Positions 1-13,300 of a stretch of 64,000 nucleotides of DNA are shown here, one piece after another (position 1 is the first letter of the stretch; every line of letters begins with the position of its first letter). This stretch comes from Macrostomum lignano (Eukaryota), in contig NIVC01002686.1 of assembly GCA_002269645.1 (NCBI GenBank), forward strand, positions 62,001 through 126,000. The letters are read 5' to 3'. Made by a program: the position numbers and the translations under genes. The notes below the pieces were generated by a model. That model was given only the letters and a program-made list of their open reading frames with translations. It was not told the origin of the DNA and did not search any database.

Positions 1-2656
1 AAGCGAAAGGCCCAAGCTAGCTAATAAAAAGCAGTTTAAAGACTTTTTTAAACTTCCAATCAGCTCTTTCCTATGTAATTCTGCTGTTATATATGTTATG
101 CCCTTTGTACTTTAAACTTTTGAATAGCTCTGGGGCCGGGCCGTCGCGATTTAGCGAGCAAAGCGTGCGCAATGAAAAATCTGTTAGGCTATAGTAGAGG
201 TGATACTGTCACCTCTACTATTACAGCATCTATCTATTATAGCATCTATTCTATTACAGCATCTATCTGTGATACTGTCCCAATCGGATTTCCTTTCTGT
301 TCACACGCGCAATCGAGAAGTGAGAGCCGACACAGGACAAACACGCGAGTTGCAGACGTCAGTGGCGGCGGTCTCTTACTGCGAGCTAAAGCTAACTAAA
401 CCCGCGAGGCCCATAGCCAGAACTCTGTGGGCTCTTCTCCGCGCGCACTTGCCCGCCTGCCTCGGGTGGGGGATGAACTGTACACTGTTGTTGGTACGCC
501 CACTTAACACTCAGACCTCCGCCCCCAATGTACACTTGAGACTTTTTTAAGTCCTGACAACGCATTTTAGTGGGGGAGTTGTGTAGGACTGAACTGAGAC
601 TAGTCAAAACAAAATCAAGAAATTATCAGTCATCAGGCTAATTTAGCAACGTGCTGGGCTCAATTTGATCCAGATTGCAGAAATAAGGACAAAAAATCGT
701 TAAAATTCAATTATTAGCCAGGTCCATGATTGCAATACGCAACGTGTTGGCGAGAGGCGGGGGACTAGATGGGGGTTGGCCATCCGACACGCCGTGCCGT
801 GTGCACGCTTTGAACAGCTGATCGCCGTCTGGCCGCATTCCTATTGGCTGGTCCAGTTTGGAGAGTTTTACGCAGCTGGGTACAAGAACAGTGCGTGTCT
901 GCGCCGAGAGTATGGGGTGGCTGGGTTGGGGGGGGGTTGGGGTGGGGCGTCATTCCGCTGGAAATATTTAGGGGGCCTCTCACTTCTTAAAGCTCTGCCG
1001 CCGCTGCCGCCGCCTCTCTAATGTTTTTAACCTATTTCAGTTTTATCCAAGCCTGCTGGTCCCCCTTGCACCGAGGAAGTCAAGTCGGCTTTCTGCCTGT
1101 TTCACTTCCAGACAGTGTATATGCATTTTCCAGGCATTTCCGCATCAAGCCCCCCATACATTTAGAGTGAGTAAAACATGGTTAATTTTGTGCCAACCCA
1201 GTGTGAACTCTGGCAAATGTAAGTTTACACTCTCATTTTGTTCTGGCCTGTTGCGTTTTAACGAATTAAAGGCGTTCTCTCTAATTAGCAGAGATTGAAA
1301 GTCGATACCGGCTCTTTGTTAGGCATCCCGAAGACTTGTTCACTCGGACGAGTACACACGTATATTTTGAGTACGTATACACACCATCGTGCTGCCTGAT
1401 CAAGAGCTGTATCGCAACGCCTAAATCGGCTGGCGATTATTACATTATTGTACGGCACTATTATTAACCGACTAGAGTAGCCCTAGCATCGACAACTAAG
1501 CAGCAATAACTTGCTGAGCTGCCGGTGTAAGGGCTACTCGACATCGATGGAGCATCCTGTATACCTCTTTTTTTACCTTCTTACCCTCCGAGCTCGGGCT
1601 TGAACGGTTTGAGACCCTAGAAATCGGCAATTTTTCAGCTCAAAAAAGAAGCTTCAATCTTTTCTAAGCTAATGATACAGGCTGATGGAGCAAAAGCTGC
1701 CGGTAACTAGGGTCTGGACCAGCCCATAAGCAGCTGGACCCGATTTTCTTAGAAACACAATCAACTAAACACAACAGTTTATTATATCAACGTGTTTTCT
1801 TAGAAGGCGGCAGAAGCGCAAGTCTAAGCCTATATTTAAATATATTAAAATTTGAAGCCGAATAAAATTTTATCGTTTATTTGCTGACTGAGAATTACGC
1901 ATCGGAACTCTACCGGTTGTTGCTTCTTTCAAGCAATTTGCTTAGCAATAGAAATGAAATCAAATGACAACAGCGGTAATGAATTACTCGATTAGGAGGC
2001 GCAATTATTTGCTTAGTTTAATAGTTTAAATAACTCTCTGCCCATGATTGAAAGTTGCAAAAGCGAAGCGCGGTGACAAAAGACCAATAATAACATTAAT
2101 AATAATGAGATTATAAGCTACAGAAAAGCGAATAAATTTAGTCGCTGCACTCTTAAATAAACTCAAAGTGTGCACAAGTCGACAGACTAGTAGTAGTATA
2201 GTATGCTTATAGCATGCTAAATTGATTGACTGCAGCCTTTGGGAATGCTAATAAAAAGGCATCAAAATAAAAAATACACCAGTAAACAAAAAGTTCGAAG
2301 CATGTCGACCAAGAGAGCATTGCAATAATAATAACCCCCAGTGTTCGTTGCCGTTACTTGATGACGCAATCGCAGTACATTTCCGTTGGTAAGAAAGCAT
2401 AGAATATTAAATAATAATAATGTACGAGAATATTAAATATGATCTCTCTTGTAAGAATATAGACCAGAAATAGTAAAGTAAAAAAGAAATGATTAATAAT
2501 AACTATATTTCTATTCTTTGAATAGTAATTACATTGATATTACAAAACAACACAAAAAATAGACAACATACAAGTTACATGACAGACTGTATAACCAACC
2601 TCCTTATCTATAAGCTATCTTAACCGCTTAATCCATATTACACGTATAGTGGGTTA

Positions 2657-3616
2657 GGGTGTCTGATCCGATACCCGTGAAAGGGGTACTGGGGTGTCTT
2701 ATCTAATATCTGTGAAAGGGGTATTGGGGTGTCAGTCAGATCCGATACCTGTGGAAGGGGTATTGGGGTGTCAGATCCGAAACCTGTGGAAGGGGTATTG
2801 GGGTGTCAGATCCGAAACCTGTGGAAGGGGTATTGGGGTGTCAGTCAGATCCGATACCTGTGGAAGGGGTATTGGGGTGTCAGTCAGATCCGAAACCTGT
2901 GGAAGGGGTATTGGGGTGTCAGTCAGATCCGATACCTGTGGAAGGGGTATTGGGGTGTCAGTCAGATCCGATACCTGTGGAAGGGGTATTGGGGTGTCAG
3001 TCAGATCCGATACCTGTGGAAGGGGTATTGGGGTGTCAGTCAGATCCGATACCTGTGGAAGGGGTATTGGGGTGTCAGTTAGATCCGATACCTGTGGAAG
3101 GGGTATTGGGGTGTCAGTCAGATCCGATACCTGTGGAAGGGGTATTGGGGTGTCAGATCCGAAACCTGTGGAAGGGGTATTGGGGTGTCAGATCCGAAAC
3201 CTGTGGAAGGGGTATTGGGGTGTCAGTCAGATCCGATACCTGTGGAAGGGGTATTGGGGTGTCAGTCAGATCCGATACCTGTGGAAGGGGTATTGGGGTG
3301 TCAGTCAGATCCGATACCTGTGGAAGGGGTATTGGGGTGTCAGTCAGATCCGATACCTGTGGAAGGGGTATTGGGGTGTCAGTCAGATCCGATACCTGTG
3401 GAAGGGGTATTGGGGTGTCAGTTAGATCCGATACCTGTGGAAGGGGTATTGGGGTGTCAGTCAGATCCGATACCTGTGGAAGGGGTATTGGGGTGTCAGT
3501 CAGATCCGATACCTGTGGAAGGGGTATTGGGGTGTCAGTCAGATCCGATACCTGTGGAAGGGGTATTGGGGTGTCAGTCAGATCCGATACCTGTGGAAGG
3601 GGTATTGGGGTGTCAG
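2657..3616. repeat. Minisatellite, 39-bp unit (CAGTCAGATCCGATACCTGTGGAAGGGGTATTGGGGTGT) with 35-bp variants
   Basis: Tandem unit read directly; 13-aa periodicity in the overlapping ORFs; degenerate copies at the left edge. Confidence 0.97.
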
Positions 3617-5695
3617 TGCAATTTGGCTAAGTAACAGAACCACAACAAATCCCAATCATTGAAAGGAACTTTGCAGGTAAAACAACCACCAAGTTAAAAA
3701 AGTTGCAGTCTAGCACATGCAAATGAAACAAATAAAATAATAAAAAACAAAGTGTTAATAATCTGTCTGAGAAAGGTGAGCATGGGGGAGCAGAGAACGG
3801 CAATTCCAATGCTTATTGGTGAAAAATCTACAAGAAGGCGGTCTCACTGAGGCGGTTATTTAGGCAGTTTAAAAAACTCCGCATTTTATAGTTAAAGCTA
3901 TCACAATTACTCGTAATATTATAGCAGGCCGTAATTAAATAGAAAATTGCAGGTAATTAATTACAGGTACAAAAAATCGCATTACTCGATTCGATTTGAA
4001 AGCTATTTTATAAGCTAACTTGGCCTAATTAAGAAATACAGGTAAGACTGGTGGGCCATAGCAACTACCATTATGAATAGATATACGCGTACTATTATAG
4101 CTTTTTGCAAGCCGCTTGATATTAAGAGCAAGCAATTTAATAATCAGTGGGGAAACGCATTGCTAAAAATAGATTTCTCAGTACTCTATGGTACAAACCA
4201 TGGGCTTTGGAGCAAGCAATTTAGTAATCCAATTAGTCAGTTCCAGGGCAGTGTTACCTGTGTCGCATTGGCTGCAAAGATGCACGCATTCAACATGGTA
4301 GAAGACTACGAAGCCAGCGAGCTTTTGGAAGAAGACGGAGAAAGCTTTGTCACTGCTGATGAAGCGCTAGAAGAGCAAGATCATGCCAGCACCGTGGCTC
4401 CTACGAAAAGATCCACTGTTGACGCAAAAAATTTTGCGAAACACCATGGTCTTGAGTGATCTTGACTGAAGCCACAATAAGCAAAAGTCTAGACAAGCAG
4501 TTAATCACTTTGTTGTGCTTGGAAGAGATGCGGACATGTCCGTGGTTCGGAACTCGCCAGAGAACATAGCAAAGAGGCAGGAATTCGCCCAGTGGCTCAC
4601 TGATTTCGCCCGAGAATGTTGATGAAAATCATCCAGGAGGTTTCACCGGATCTTGGCCTGGTTCACCATAAGATCATGAGCCAGACACTGACCTATATTC
4701 ATCGAGGAGCTGCTCAACTCGGTTAATAATCCAATAATCAATAATGAGTGCTCGGATTATCCCAGGTTTGGACCATAGAGTACAGAGAAATCTATCATTT
4801 AGCGCTGGGGTTCCCCACTGATTATTAAATACTATATGAATAAAGAATTCTAAATCAATTGCAGCAGTTCAGGAGAAGTAAATATAATTAAATAATAAGA
4901 GTAGAATGCAAGTGGACGCGAGCACAAATTTGATACTGAAATCCGAGACACAGCAACAAATGCAGGCAAATTAACGGTATGAGACAATGAGTTAAGCGTG
5001 CCAGAGAACAAATTAATAGTGTTTATGCATACGTATGTATATTAGATTGCTCATATCGACAACACACAGATAGACTTAAACCAGATAAGCATTATTAGAA
5101 ATAGATAATAAGAATTGCAAAGCCAGCTTAATATAACCGGAGCTAAAGTTAACTAGCATCTCCTGGTCATTGCACAGTAAAGCTTAATAATCTGTGCGGA
5201 AGATTAAACATTAAGAGTTAAAATAAATCAGCCAGTGGAAAAACCGTGACTGGCGCGTTCAAACAAAAAAACAAACACATCAAATTTCAAATGTGACGCG
5301 AAACTCGCACTAAAAAAAACGATTGTATAAAACCTACTAAACAGTTGGAGTTGGGACTGAGGTAAAACTAATCAGGAGATCGGTTTACAGAACAGACAGA
5401 GCCAAAGCAACAGCTTCAGCAGTGACGTTTGGGTTAATAATCATTCTCACAAATTCTTTATTGGGCCATTCAATCCGATTCACACGTAGTGATTGTTGCC
5501 GGTTGGCTGCGGACGACGGCCGGCTCGAACTACGGGCATCTTCAGAATCATCTGATCCGCGCCCTGCGTGGGCGGGCGGCGGATACAGCGGGGCGGTGAG
5601 CGAGTGCGAAATAAATAGGAGCATGGCATTGAGGGGTTCGCGCGTGCGGAGGCTGATAGAACTTATAAGATGCCCAGAGAAGAACCAGCGAAGGA

Positions 5696-5768
5696 CCTGT
5701 GTGGGAACCAGTGTACCTGTGTGGGAACCAGTGTGCCTGTGTGGGAACCAGTGTACCTGTGTGGGAAC
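5696..5768. repeat. Short 20-bp tandem repeat (CCTGTGTGGGAACCAGTGTA), left flank of the retrotransposon
   Basis: About 3.5 copies ending exactly at the first LTR. Confidence 0.9.
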
Positions 5769-6018
5769 TGTTGTGTATTGCAAAGGCATGCGATGCGTAG
5801 GGGTAGTTCGGGGACAGCGTTTCTAGAAACTTCCACCGCGGACTTGTTTACGCATAGTTCCAGAAGTTTCCTTCCCCGGTCTTTCTAGAACTTTCCTTCC
5901 CCGCGTGCATAAATATACGAGCCGCCCTCCTATTGGCCAAACCCCTTCTTTCGGTGCCACTGAGCGCCCGGATAATTATCTATCTTGTTTCTGCGTTCGT
6001 TAATTCAACAACAGAACA
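5769..6018 (+). repeat. LTR1 (250 bp), TGTTGTGT...ACAGAACA
   Basis: TG...CA ends with 7/8 terminal inverted match; followed by the PBS. Confidence 0.93.
5821..5895. promoter_or_regulatory. Three heat-shock elements (TTCnnGAAnnTTC) in LTR U3; repeated in LTR2 and LTR3
   Basis: TTCTAGAAACTTC (5821), TTCCAGAAGTTTC (5858), TTCTAGAACTTTC (5883); TATA-like CATAAATA at 5908 and ATTGG at 5932. Confidence 0.8.
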
Positions 6019-6019
6019 T

Positions 6020-6034
6020 TGGCGACGAGGATGG
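6020..6034 (+). other. Primer binding site, probably tRNA-Ser(GCU) (also 10300-10314)
   Basis: TGGCGACGAGGATGG is complementary to the recalled metazoan tRNA-Ser(GCU) 3' end (CCAUCCUCGUCGCCA); the gag ATG lies inside it. Confidence 0.75.
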
Positions 6035-9000
6035 CGGCTAGCATCCCCGCACCCACGCCCTTCCTGGCGAACTGCGGATCACCGACAGTACCATGGAGCC
6101 GATGGATTAGGCCTTTGAATTTTATTACGAGGCGGCCCAATTCAAGGAGCCCGAAGGGAAGGAAGAGGCGAAACCGCTGAAGAAGAGCCTTCTGCTCCAT
6201 CTGCTTGGATTCGAAGGTCAGCGGGTTGCTCGAGCACGCCAAGCAATCAAGGAGAACGACACGTTCGCAGCAACTAAGGCGGAGCTCGAGAAGATCTTCG
6301 GCGAGAAGCCCAACGTGATGGTAGCCAGATATCGCTTCCGCCAGCGCCAGCAGCTACCCGGCGAGGACGTCAAGACCTTCGTGGCAGCCCTGAGGGAGCT
6401 GACGGAGCTGTGCAACTACGGGGCGATACAGGACGATCTCATCAGAGACCAGCTGGCTGAGAAGACCAGTAACCCCAGAATCCGAGAGAGGCTGCTGACG
6501 GAGAAGGTGGAGGACCTCAACCTGGCGAAAGCGCTCAGCATCGCGGTCTCCATCGAGGAAGCCTCCAAAGAAGCCAAGGCGATGGCGCCATCAACCTCGA
6601 GCACGGCAGCCGTCCAATCGATCCGACAGCCGAGGGGCCAGAAGGTCGCTGCAAAGGGGAGGCACCGCCCAGCACCAGCTGGCAGGACGGCCAAACCCGG
6701 CGGCGCCTGCACGCGCTGTGGGCGAGACCACGGACCGACGACCCCCTGTCCGGCCAAGGGCAAGACATGCGAGGCCTGTGGCAAGAAGAACCACTTCCGG
6801 AGTTGCTGTCGCAGCCAGCAGGCTGCTGTCAATGCCGCGGACGAGGTGATCACAGTCTACGCAGTGCCGGGTGGCGACAGGGAGGTCCGGGCGACGCTGG
6901 AACTCGGACCGGACAGGACCGCTGTCAGCCTGATGGTGGACTGCGGCGCAAGGGTGTCGCTGCTGTCCCGACAGACCGCCGATCGGATCTCAGGTGCAGT
7001 CACCTCTCCCACTACGACGAAGCTGCGTGCCTACGGCGGACTGCCAATCCAGCTAAGTGGTGTCACCGAGCTGGAGGTGCGCTACGGCGAAAAGGCGATG
7101 CAGCACCGGTTCTTCGTTGCGCCAGGCGGCGACAACATCGTCGGTAGAGACCTGATGGAGAAGCTGGGCTTCCGAGTCGACCTTAGCGGGCAGCCGCCCG
7201 GAATCGCGGAGGTCAGCGACTTGACGGCGGACTTGCAGGCGCGGTACCCAACAACCTTCAGCGGTGCGATAGGATGCTGCACCGGCGCTGTACACCAGCC
7301 CAAGGTCGACCCAGCAGTGCGACCCGTCCAGCAGCCACTCCGCCGCCTGCCCCTCATGCGACAGGAGCAGGTCGGTGCCGAACTCGACAAGATGGAGAAG
7401 GACGGCATCATCGAGCGAGTCAACGCTAGCGAGTGGGTCTCCAATCTAGTGGTGACGGCGAAGAAGGATGGCAGCATCCGAATCTGCGTCGACGTTCGCG
7501 AGCCGAACAAGGCACTGATCGTCGACAAGCACCCGATGCCACAGCTGGACGAGATTGCCTCGAAGATCAAGAAAGGCCGTGGCCGAGTGTTCAGCAAGAT
7601 TGATCTGAAGTCGGGCTACATGCAGATGCAGCTGCATGAATCGAGCCGCAATCTGACAGCCTTCATCACGCACAAGGGGCTCTTCCGCTATCGTCGAGTT
7701 CCCTTCGGCCTGGCATCGGCACCAGCTGCTTTCCAGCGCATGCTCGACGATCAGGCCGCCGACCTCGACGGAGTGGAGCACATCTTGGATGACTTCATCG
7801 TGTACGGGCGCAGCGAGGAGGAGCACGATCGACGACTGGAGAAGTTGCTCCAGCGCCTCGAGGACAAGGGCATGACGGTGAACAAGCAGAAGTGCGCCTT
7901 CAAGCAGAAAGAGGTCGAATTCTTCGGATTCGTGATCTCGGAGGCCGGCATCCGGCCAACGGAGTCAGCCACAGCGGCCATCAGGGACATCCGGCAGCCC
8001 GGAGATCAGAAGGCGTTGAAGTCATTCCTAGGCGCCGCTAACTTCCTGATGCGCTTCGTGCCGCACTACGCCGACATCACAGAGCCGCTTCGAAGGCTCC
8101 TGAAGGCCGACTCCAACTTCGACTGGACGCCGGAGTGCCAACGGGCGTTCGAAGCAGTGAAGGACGCCATCAGCAAGGCACCGACGCTCGCCCACTTCGA
8201 CCCGAAGGCCGACACTATCGTCACCACGGATGCCAGCGCCAAGGCCATCGGAGCCCAGCTGTCGCAGATCCAGGACGGCGTCGAGCGACCGGTCGCCTTC
8301 GCCGCCCGAGCGCTGACGACGACGGAACAGCGCTACGCCGCGAACGAGCGCGAGGCACTGGCTAGCCTCTGGGCGATGGAGAAGTGGCATTTCTACCTCT
8401 ACGGTCGCCACTTCGAGCTGCGCACAGATCATCAGGCGCTGCAGCAGCTGCTTCTGGACCGACCGGCACGGGACACCGGCCACTGCGGATCCACAGGTGG
8501 TGCGACCGGCTGCTGCAGTACGACTTCCACGTGCGCTACCTGCCAGGAAACAGCAACTACGTTGCCGATCTGCTTTCCCGGTGGAGCAGCGGATCGGAGC
8601 TAAACCTGATCCACCTGCCCGACACTCCAGGCCCGAGAGTCAAGGCGGTCACACTGGAAGCACTTACCGCAGGGACCGCAGCTGACGAGACACTGAGGAC
8701 AGCCATCAGGAGCGTCATTAGCGGCCGGTGGCCAGCTGACATCGACGACGTCGAGCTGCGGGCGCTCTGGAAGGTGCGCGAACAGCTAAGCGTCTGGAAC
8801 AACGGCGAATGCCTTGCCTTCCAGGAGAGAGCGGTCATCCCAGAGTCTCTCCGCGGCCAGCTTCTCGAGCAGGCTCACGAAGGGCACCAGGGCATCGTGC
8901 GCACCAAGCAGGCGCTCCGCGACTCAGTCTGGTGGCCCGCCATGGACAAGGCGGTCGAGACCTTCGTGCGACACTGCGTAGCGTGCGAGACAGCCGAGAA

Positions 9001-10000
9001 GAACTTTAAGGTCAGTCCGGCCCCGCTCAAGACCATACGCTGGCCAGATTCACCATGGGCAGAGATCGCCGTGGACATCGTCGGAGAACTGCAGGCGGCG
9101 CCGGCCTCTAGCAGGTACCTCATCGTCGTGACGGACCTGCACAGCAAGTGGCCGGAGGTCATCCCGACGGCCAGCATCACCACGGAGACCATCTGCCGTG
9201 CGATGCGCAGCCTGTTCGCAAGGTGGGGGCTGTGCGAGAAGGTGCTGACGGACAACGGCCCGCAGTTTGGCAGCGAGTTCTCGGACTTCTTGGCCGAGCA
9301 GGGCATCCGGCACGTCAAGACCAGCCTCTACCATCCGCAAACCAACGGCCAGACGGAGCGTCTCAATCGGTCGCTGCTCGCCAGCATCAGAGCGGCCATG
9401 GCGGAGAACAGGCCGTTTCAAGACGCCGTGACCAACTTCTTGTCTGCCTACCGGAGCTCCAAGCACAGCCTGACGGGCAAGTCACCGGCCGAGCTCATGC
9501 TGGGTCGGAAGTGGCGCACCGCGATCACCATGCTGTCTCCCGGAGGGGGAATGACAACGACCGAGGCGACGCCTCAGGCACTGCGGCAGCAAATCGAGGC
9601 GCGGCAGCAGCGGATCAAGGCCTACACCGATGCCAGACGAAGGGCCCGCCCCGAGACGTTCCACCCCGGCGATTGGGTGAGAATCCGACGGCCCACCAAG
9701 AAGGGCAAGCTGGGTACCCGCCTCTCACGGCCACTACAAGTGCTCCGTCAGGCGGGACACCACGCGGTCGAGCTCAGCGACGGCACCAGATGGAACCAGC
9801 AGCGGCTGATCCGAACGCCGCACCCGGCGCAGCCGAGAGAGCGGTTCGACCCACTGGTGGACTCGGCGCCAACGACCGGAGCCGGCACGGCGGCACCGGC
9901 GGCACCGGCGGCGGAGCCTCCGGCAAGAACAGCAGCGCCCCGCCGATCTGAGCGAGCCAGGCACCCGCCGATACGCTTCATGAACTGCCGCTGGGACTGA
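6031..10000 (+). pseudogene. gag-pol copy 1, two 1-bp deletions
   Basis: Matches copy 2 apart from a missing A at about 6109, a missing G at about 8456 and AAT vs AAA at 9367. Both deletions are in homopolymers, so they may be sequencing errors. Confidence 0.85.
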
Positions 10001-10033
10001 TTAAAGTGAAGCTTGGGGACTGTTGGACTCCTT

Positions 10034-10048
10034 GAAGGAGGGGAAGAA
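10034..10048 (+). other. Polypurine tract (also about 14316-14330)
   Basis: GAAGGAGGGGAAGAA immediately before the LTR. Confidence 0.9.
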
Positions 10049-10298
10049 TGTTGTGTATTGCAAAGGCATGCGATGCGTAGGGGTAGTTCGGGGACAGCGT
10101 TTCTAGAAACTTCCACCGCGGACTTGTTTACGCATAGTTCCAGAAGTTTCCTTCCCCGGTCTTTCTAGAACTTTCCTTCCCCGCGTGCATAAATATACGA
10201 GCCGCCCTCCTATTGGCCAAACCCCTTCTTTCGGTGCCACTGAGCGCCCGGATAATTATCTATCTTGTTTCTGCGTTCGTTAATTCAACAACAGAACA
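10049..10298 (+). repeat. LTR2 (shared central LTR, 250 bp)
   Basis: Appears identical to LTR1; PPT on the left, PBS on the right. Confidence 0.95.
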
Positions 10299-10310
10299 TT
10301 GGCGACGAGG

Positions 10311-13300
10311 ATGGCGGCTAGCATCCCCGCACCCACGCCCTTCCTGGCGAACTGCGGATCACCGACAGTACCATGGAGCCGATGGATTAAGGCCTTTGAA
10401 TTTTATTACGAGGCGGCCCAATTCAAGGAGCCCGAAGGGAAGGAAGAGGCGAAACCGCTGAAGAAGAGCCTTCTGCTCCATCTGCTTGGATTCGAAGGTC
10501 AGCGGGTTGCTCGAGCACGCCAAGCAATCAAGGAGAACGACACGTTCGCAGCAACTAAGGCGGAGCTCGAGAAGATCTTCGGCGAGAAGCCCAACGTGAT
10601 GGTAGCCAGATATCGCTTCCGCCAGCGCCAGCAGCTACCCGGCGAGGACGTCAAGACCTTCGTGGCAGCCCTGAGGGAGCTGACGGAGCTGTGCAACTAC
10701 GGGGCGATACAGGACGATCTCATCAGAGACCAGCTGGCTGAGAAGACCAGTAACCCCAGAATCCGAGAGAGGCTGCTGACGGAGAAGGTGGAGGACCTCA
10801 ACCTGGCGAAAGCGCTCAGCATCGCGGTCTCCATCGAGGAAGCCTCCAAAGAAGCCAAGGCGATGGCGCCATCAACCTCGAGCACGGCAGCCGTCCAATC
10901 GATCCGACAGCCGAGGGGCCAGAAGGTCGCTGCAAAGGGGAGGCACCGCCCAGCACCAGCTGGCAGGACGGCCAAACCCGGCGGCGCCTGCACGCGCTGT
11001 GGGCGAGACCACGGACCGACGACCCCCTGTCCGGCCAAGGGCAAGACATGCGAGGCCTGTGGCAAGAAGAACCACTTCCGGAGTTGCTGTCGCAGCCAGC
11101 AGGCTGCTGTCAATGCCGCGGACGAGGTGATCACAGTCTACGCAGTGCCGGGTGGCGACAGGGAGGTCCGGGCGACGCTGGAACTCGGACCGGACAGGAC
11201 CGCTGTCAGCCTGATGGTGGACTGCGGCGCAAGGGTGTCGCTGCTGTCCCGACAGACCGCCGATCGGATCTCAGGTGCAGTCACCTCTCCCACTACGACG
11301 AAGCTGCGTGCCTACGGCGGACTGCCAATCCAGCTAAGTGGTGTCACCGAGCTGGAGGTGCGCTACGGCGAAAAGGCGATGCAGCACCGGTTCTTCGTTG
11401 CGCCAGGCGGCGACAACATCGTCGGTAGAGACCTGATGGAGAAGCTGGGCTTCCGAGTCGACCTTAGCGGGCAGCCGCCCGGAATCGCGGAGGTCAGCGA
11501 CTTGACGGCGGACTTGCAGGCGCGGTACCCAACAACCTTCAGCGGTGCGATAGGATGCTGCACCGGCGCTGTACACCAGCCCAAGGTCGACCCAGCAGTG
11601 CGACCCGTCCAGCAGCCACTCCGCCGCCTGCCCCTCATGCGACAGGAGCAGGTCGGTGCCGAACTCGACAAGATGGAGAAGGACGGCATCATCGAGCGAG
11701 TCAACGCTAGCGAGTGGGTCTCCAATCTAGTGGTGACGGCGAAGAAGGATGGCAGCATCCGAATCTGCGTCGACGTTCGCGAGCCGAACAAGGCACTGAT
11801 CGTCGACAAGCACCCGATGCCACAGCTGGACGAGATTGCCTCGAAGATCAAGAAAGGCCGTGGCCGAGTGTTCAGCAAGATTGATCTGAAGTCGGGCTAC
11901 ATGCAGATGCAGCTGCATGAATCGAGCCGCAATCTGACAGCCTTCATCACGCACAAGGGGCTCTTCCGCTATCGTCGAGTTCCCTTCGGCCTGGCATCGG
12001 CACCAGCTGCTTTCCAGCGCATGCTCGACGATCAGGCCGCCGACCTCGACGGAGTGGAGCACATCTTGGATGACTTCATCGTGTACGGGCGCAGCGAGGA
12101 GGAGCACGATCGACGACTGGAGAAGTTGCTCCAGCGCCTCGAGGACAAGGGCATGACGGTGAACAAGCAGAAGTGCGCCTTCAAGCAGAAAGAGGTCGAA
12201 TTCTTCGGATTCGTGATCTCGGAGGCCGGCATCCGGCCAACGGAGTCAGCCACAGCGGCCATCAGGGACATCCGGCAGCCCGGAGATCAGAAGGCGTTGA
12301 AGTCATTCCTAGGCGCCGCTAACTTCCTGATGCGCTTCGTGCCGCACTACGCCGACATCACAGAGCCGCTTCGAAGGCTCCTGAAGGCCGACTCCAACTT
12401 CGACTGGACGCCGGAGTGCCAACGGGCGTTCGAAGCAGTGAAGGACGCCATCAGCAAGGCACCGACGCTCGCCCACTTCGACCCGAAGGCCGACACTATC
12501 GTCACCACGGATGCCAGCGCCAAGGCCATCGGAGCCCAGCTGTCGCAGATCCAGGACGGCGTCGAGCGACCGGTCGCCTTCGCCGCCCGAGCGCTGACGA
12601 CGACGGAACAGCGCTACGCCGCGAACGAGCGCGAGGCACTGGCTAGCCTCTGGGCGATGGAGAAGTGGCATTTCTACCTCTACGGTCGCCACTTCGAGCT
12701 GCGCACAGATCATCAGGCGCTGCAGCAGCTGCTTCTGGGACCGACCGGCACGGGACACCGGCCACTGCGGATCCACAGGTGGTGCGACCGGCTGCTGCAG
12801 TACGACTTCCACGTGCGCTACCTGCCAGGAAACAGCAACTACGTTGCCGATCTGCTTTCCCGGTGGAGCAGCGGATCGGAGCTAAACCTGATCCACCTGC
12901 CCGACACTCCAGGCCCGAGAGTCAAGGCGGTCACACTGGAAGCACTTACCGCAGGGACCGCAGCTGACGAGACACTGAGGACAGCCATCAGGAGCGTCAT
13001 TAGCGGCCGGTGGCCAGCTGACATCGACGACGTCGAGCTGCGGGCGCTCTGGAAGGTGCGCGAACAGCTAAGCGTCTGGAACAACGGCGAATGCCTTGCC
13101 TTCCAGGAGAGAGCGGTCATCCCAGAGTCTCTCCGCGGCCAGCTTCTCGAGCAGGCTCACGAAGGGCACCAGGGCATCGTGCGCACCAAGCAGGCGCTCC
13201 GCGACTCAGTCTGGTGGCCCGCCATGGACAAGGCGGTCGAGACCTTCGTGCGACACTGCGTAGCGTGCGAGACAGCCGAGAAGAACTTTAAGGTCAGTCC

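Noticed and set aside
4073-4720. 128-aa ORF and downstream fragments (RNSPENIAKRQEFAQW; IFIEE) faintly like an IS630/Tc1 transposase
   Set aside because: Broken frames, no intact catalytic triad and no TIRs found; needs a profile search.
5385-5826. Overlapping 134-aa ORFs on both strands
   Set aside because: They run through a tandem repeat into the LTR; no domain signature or splice support.
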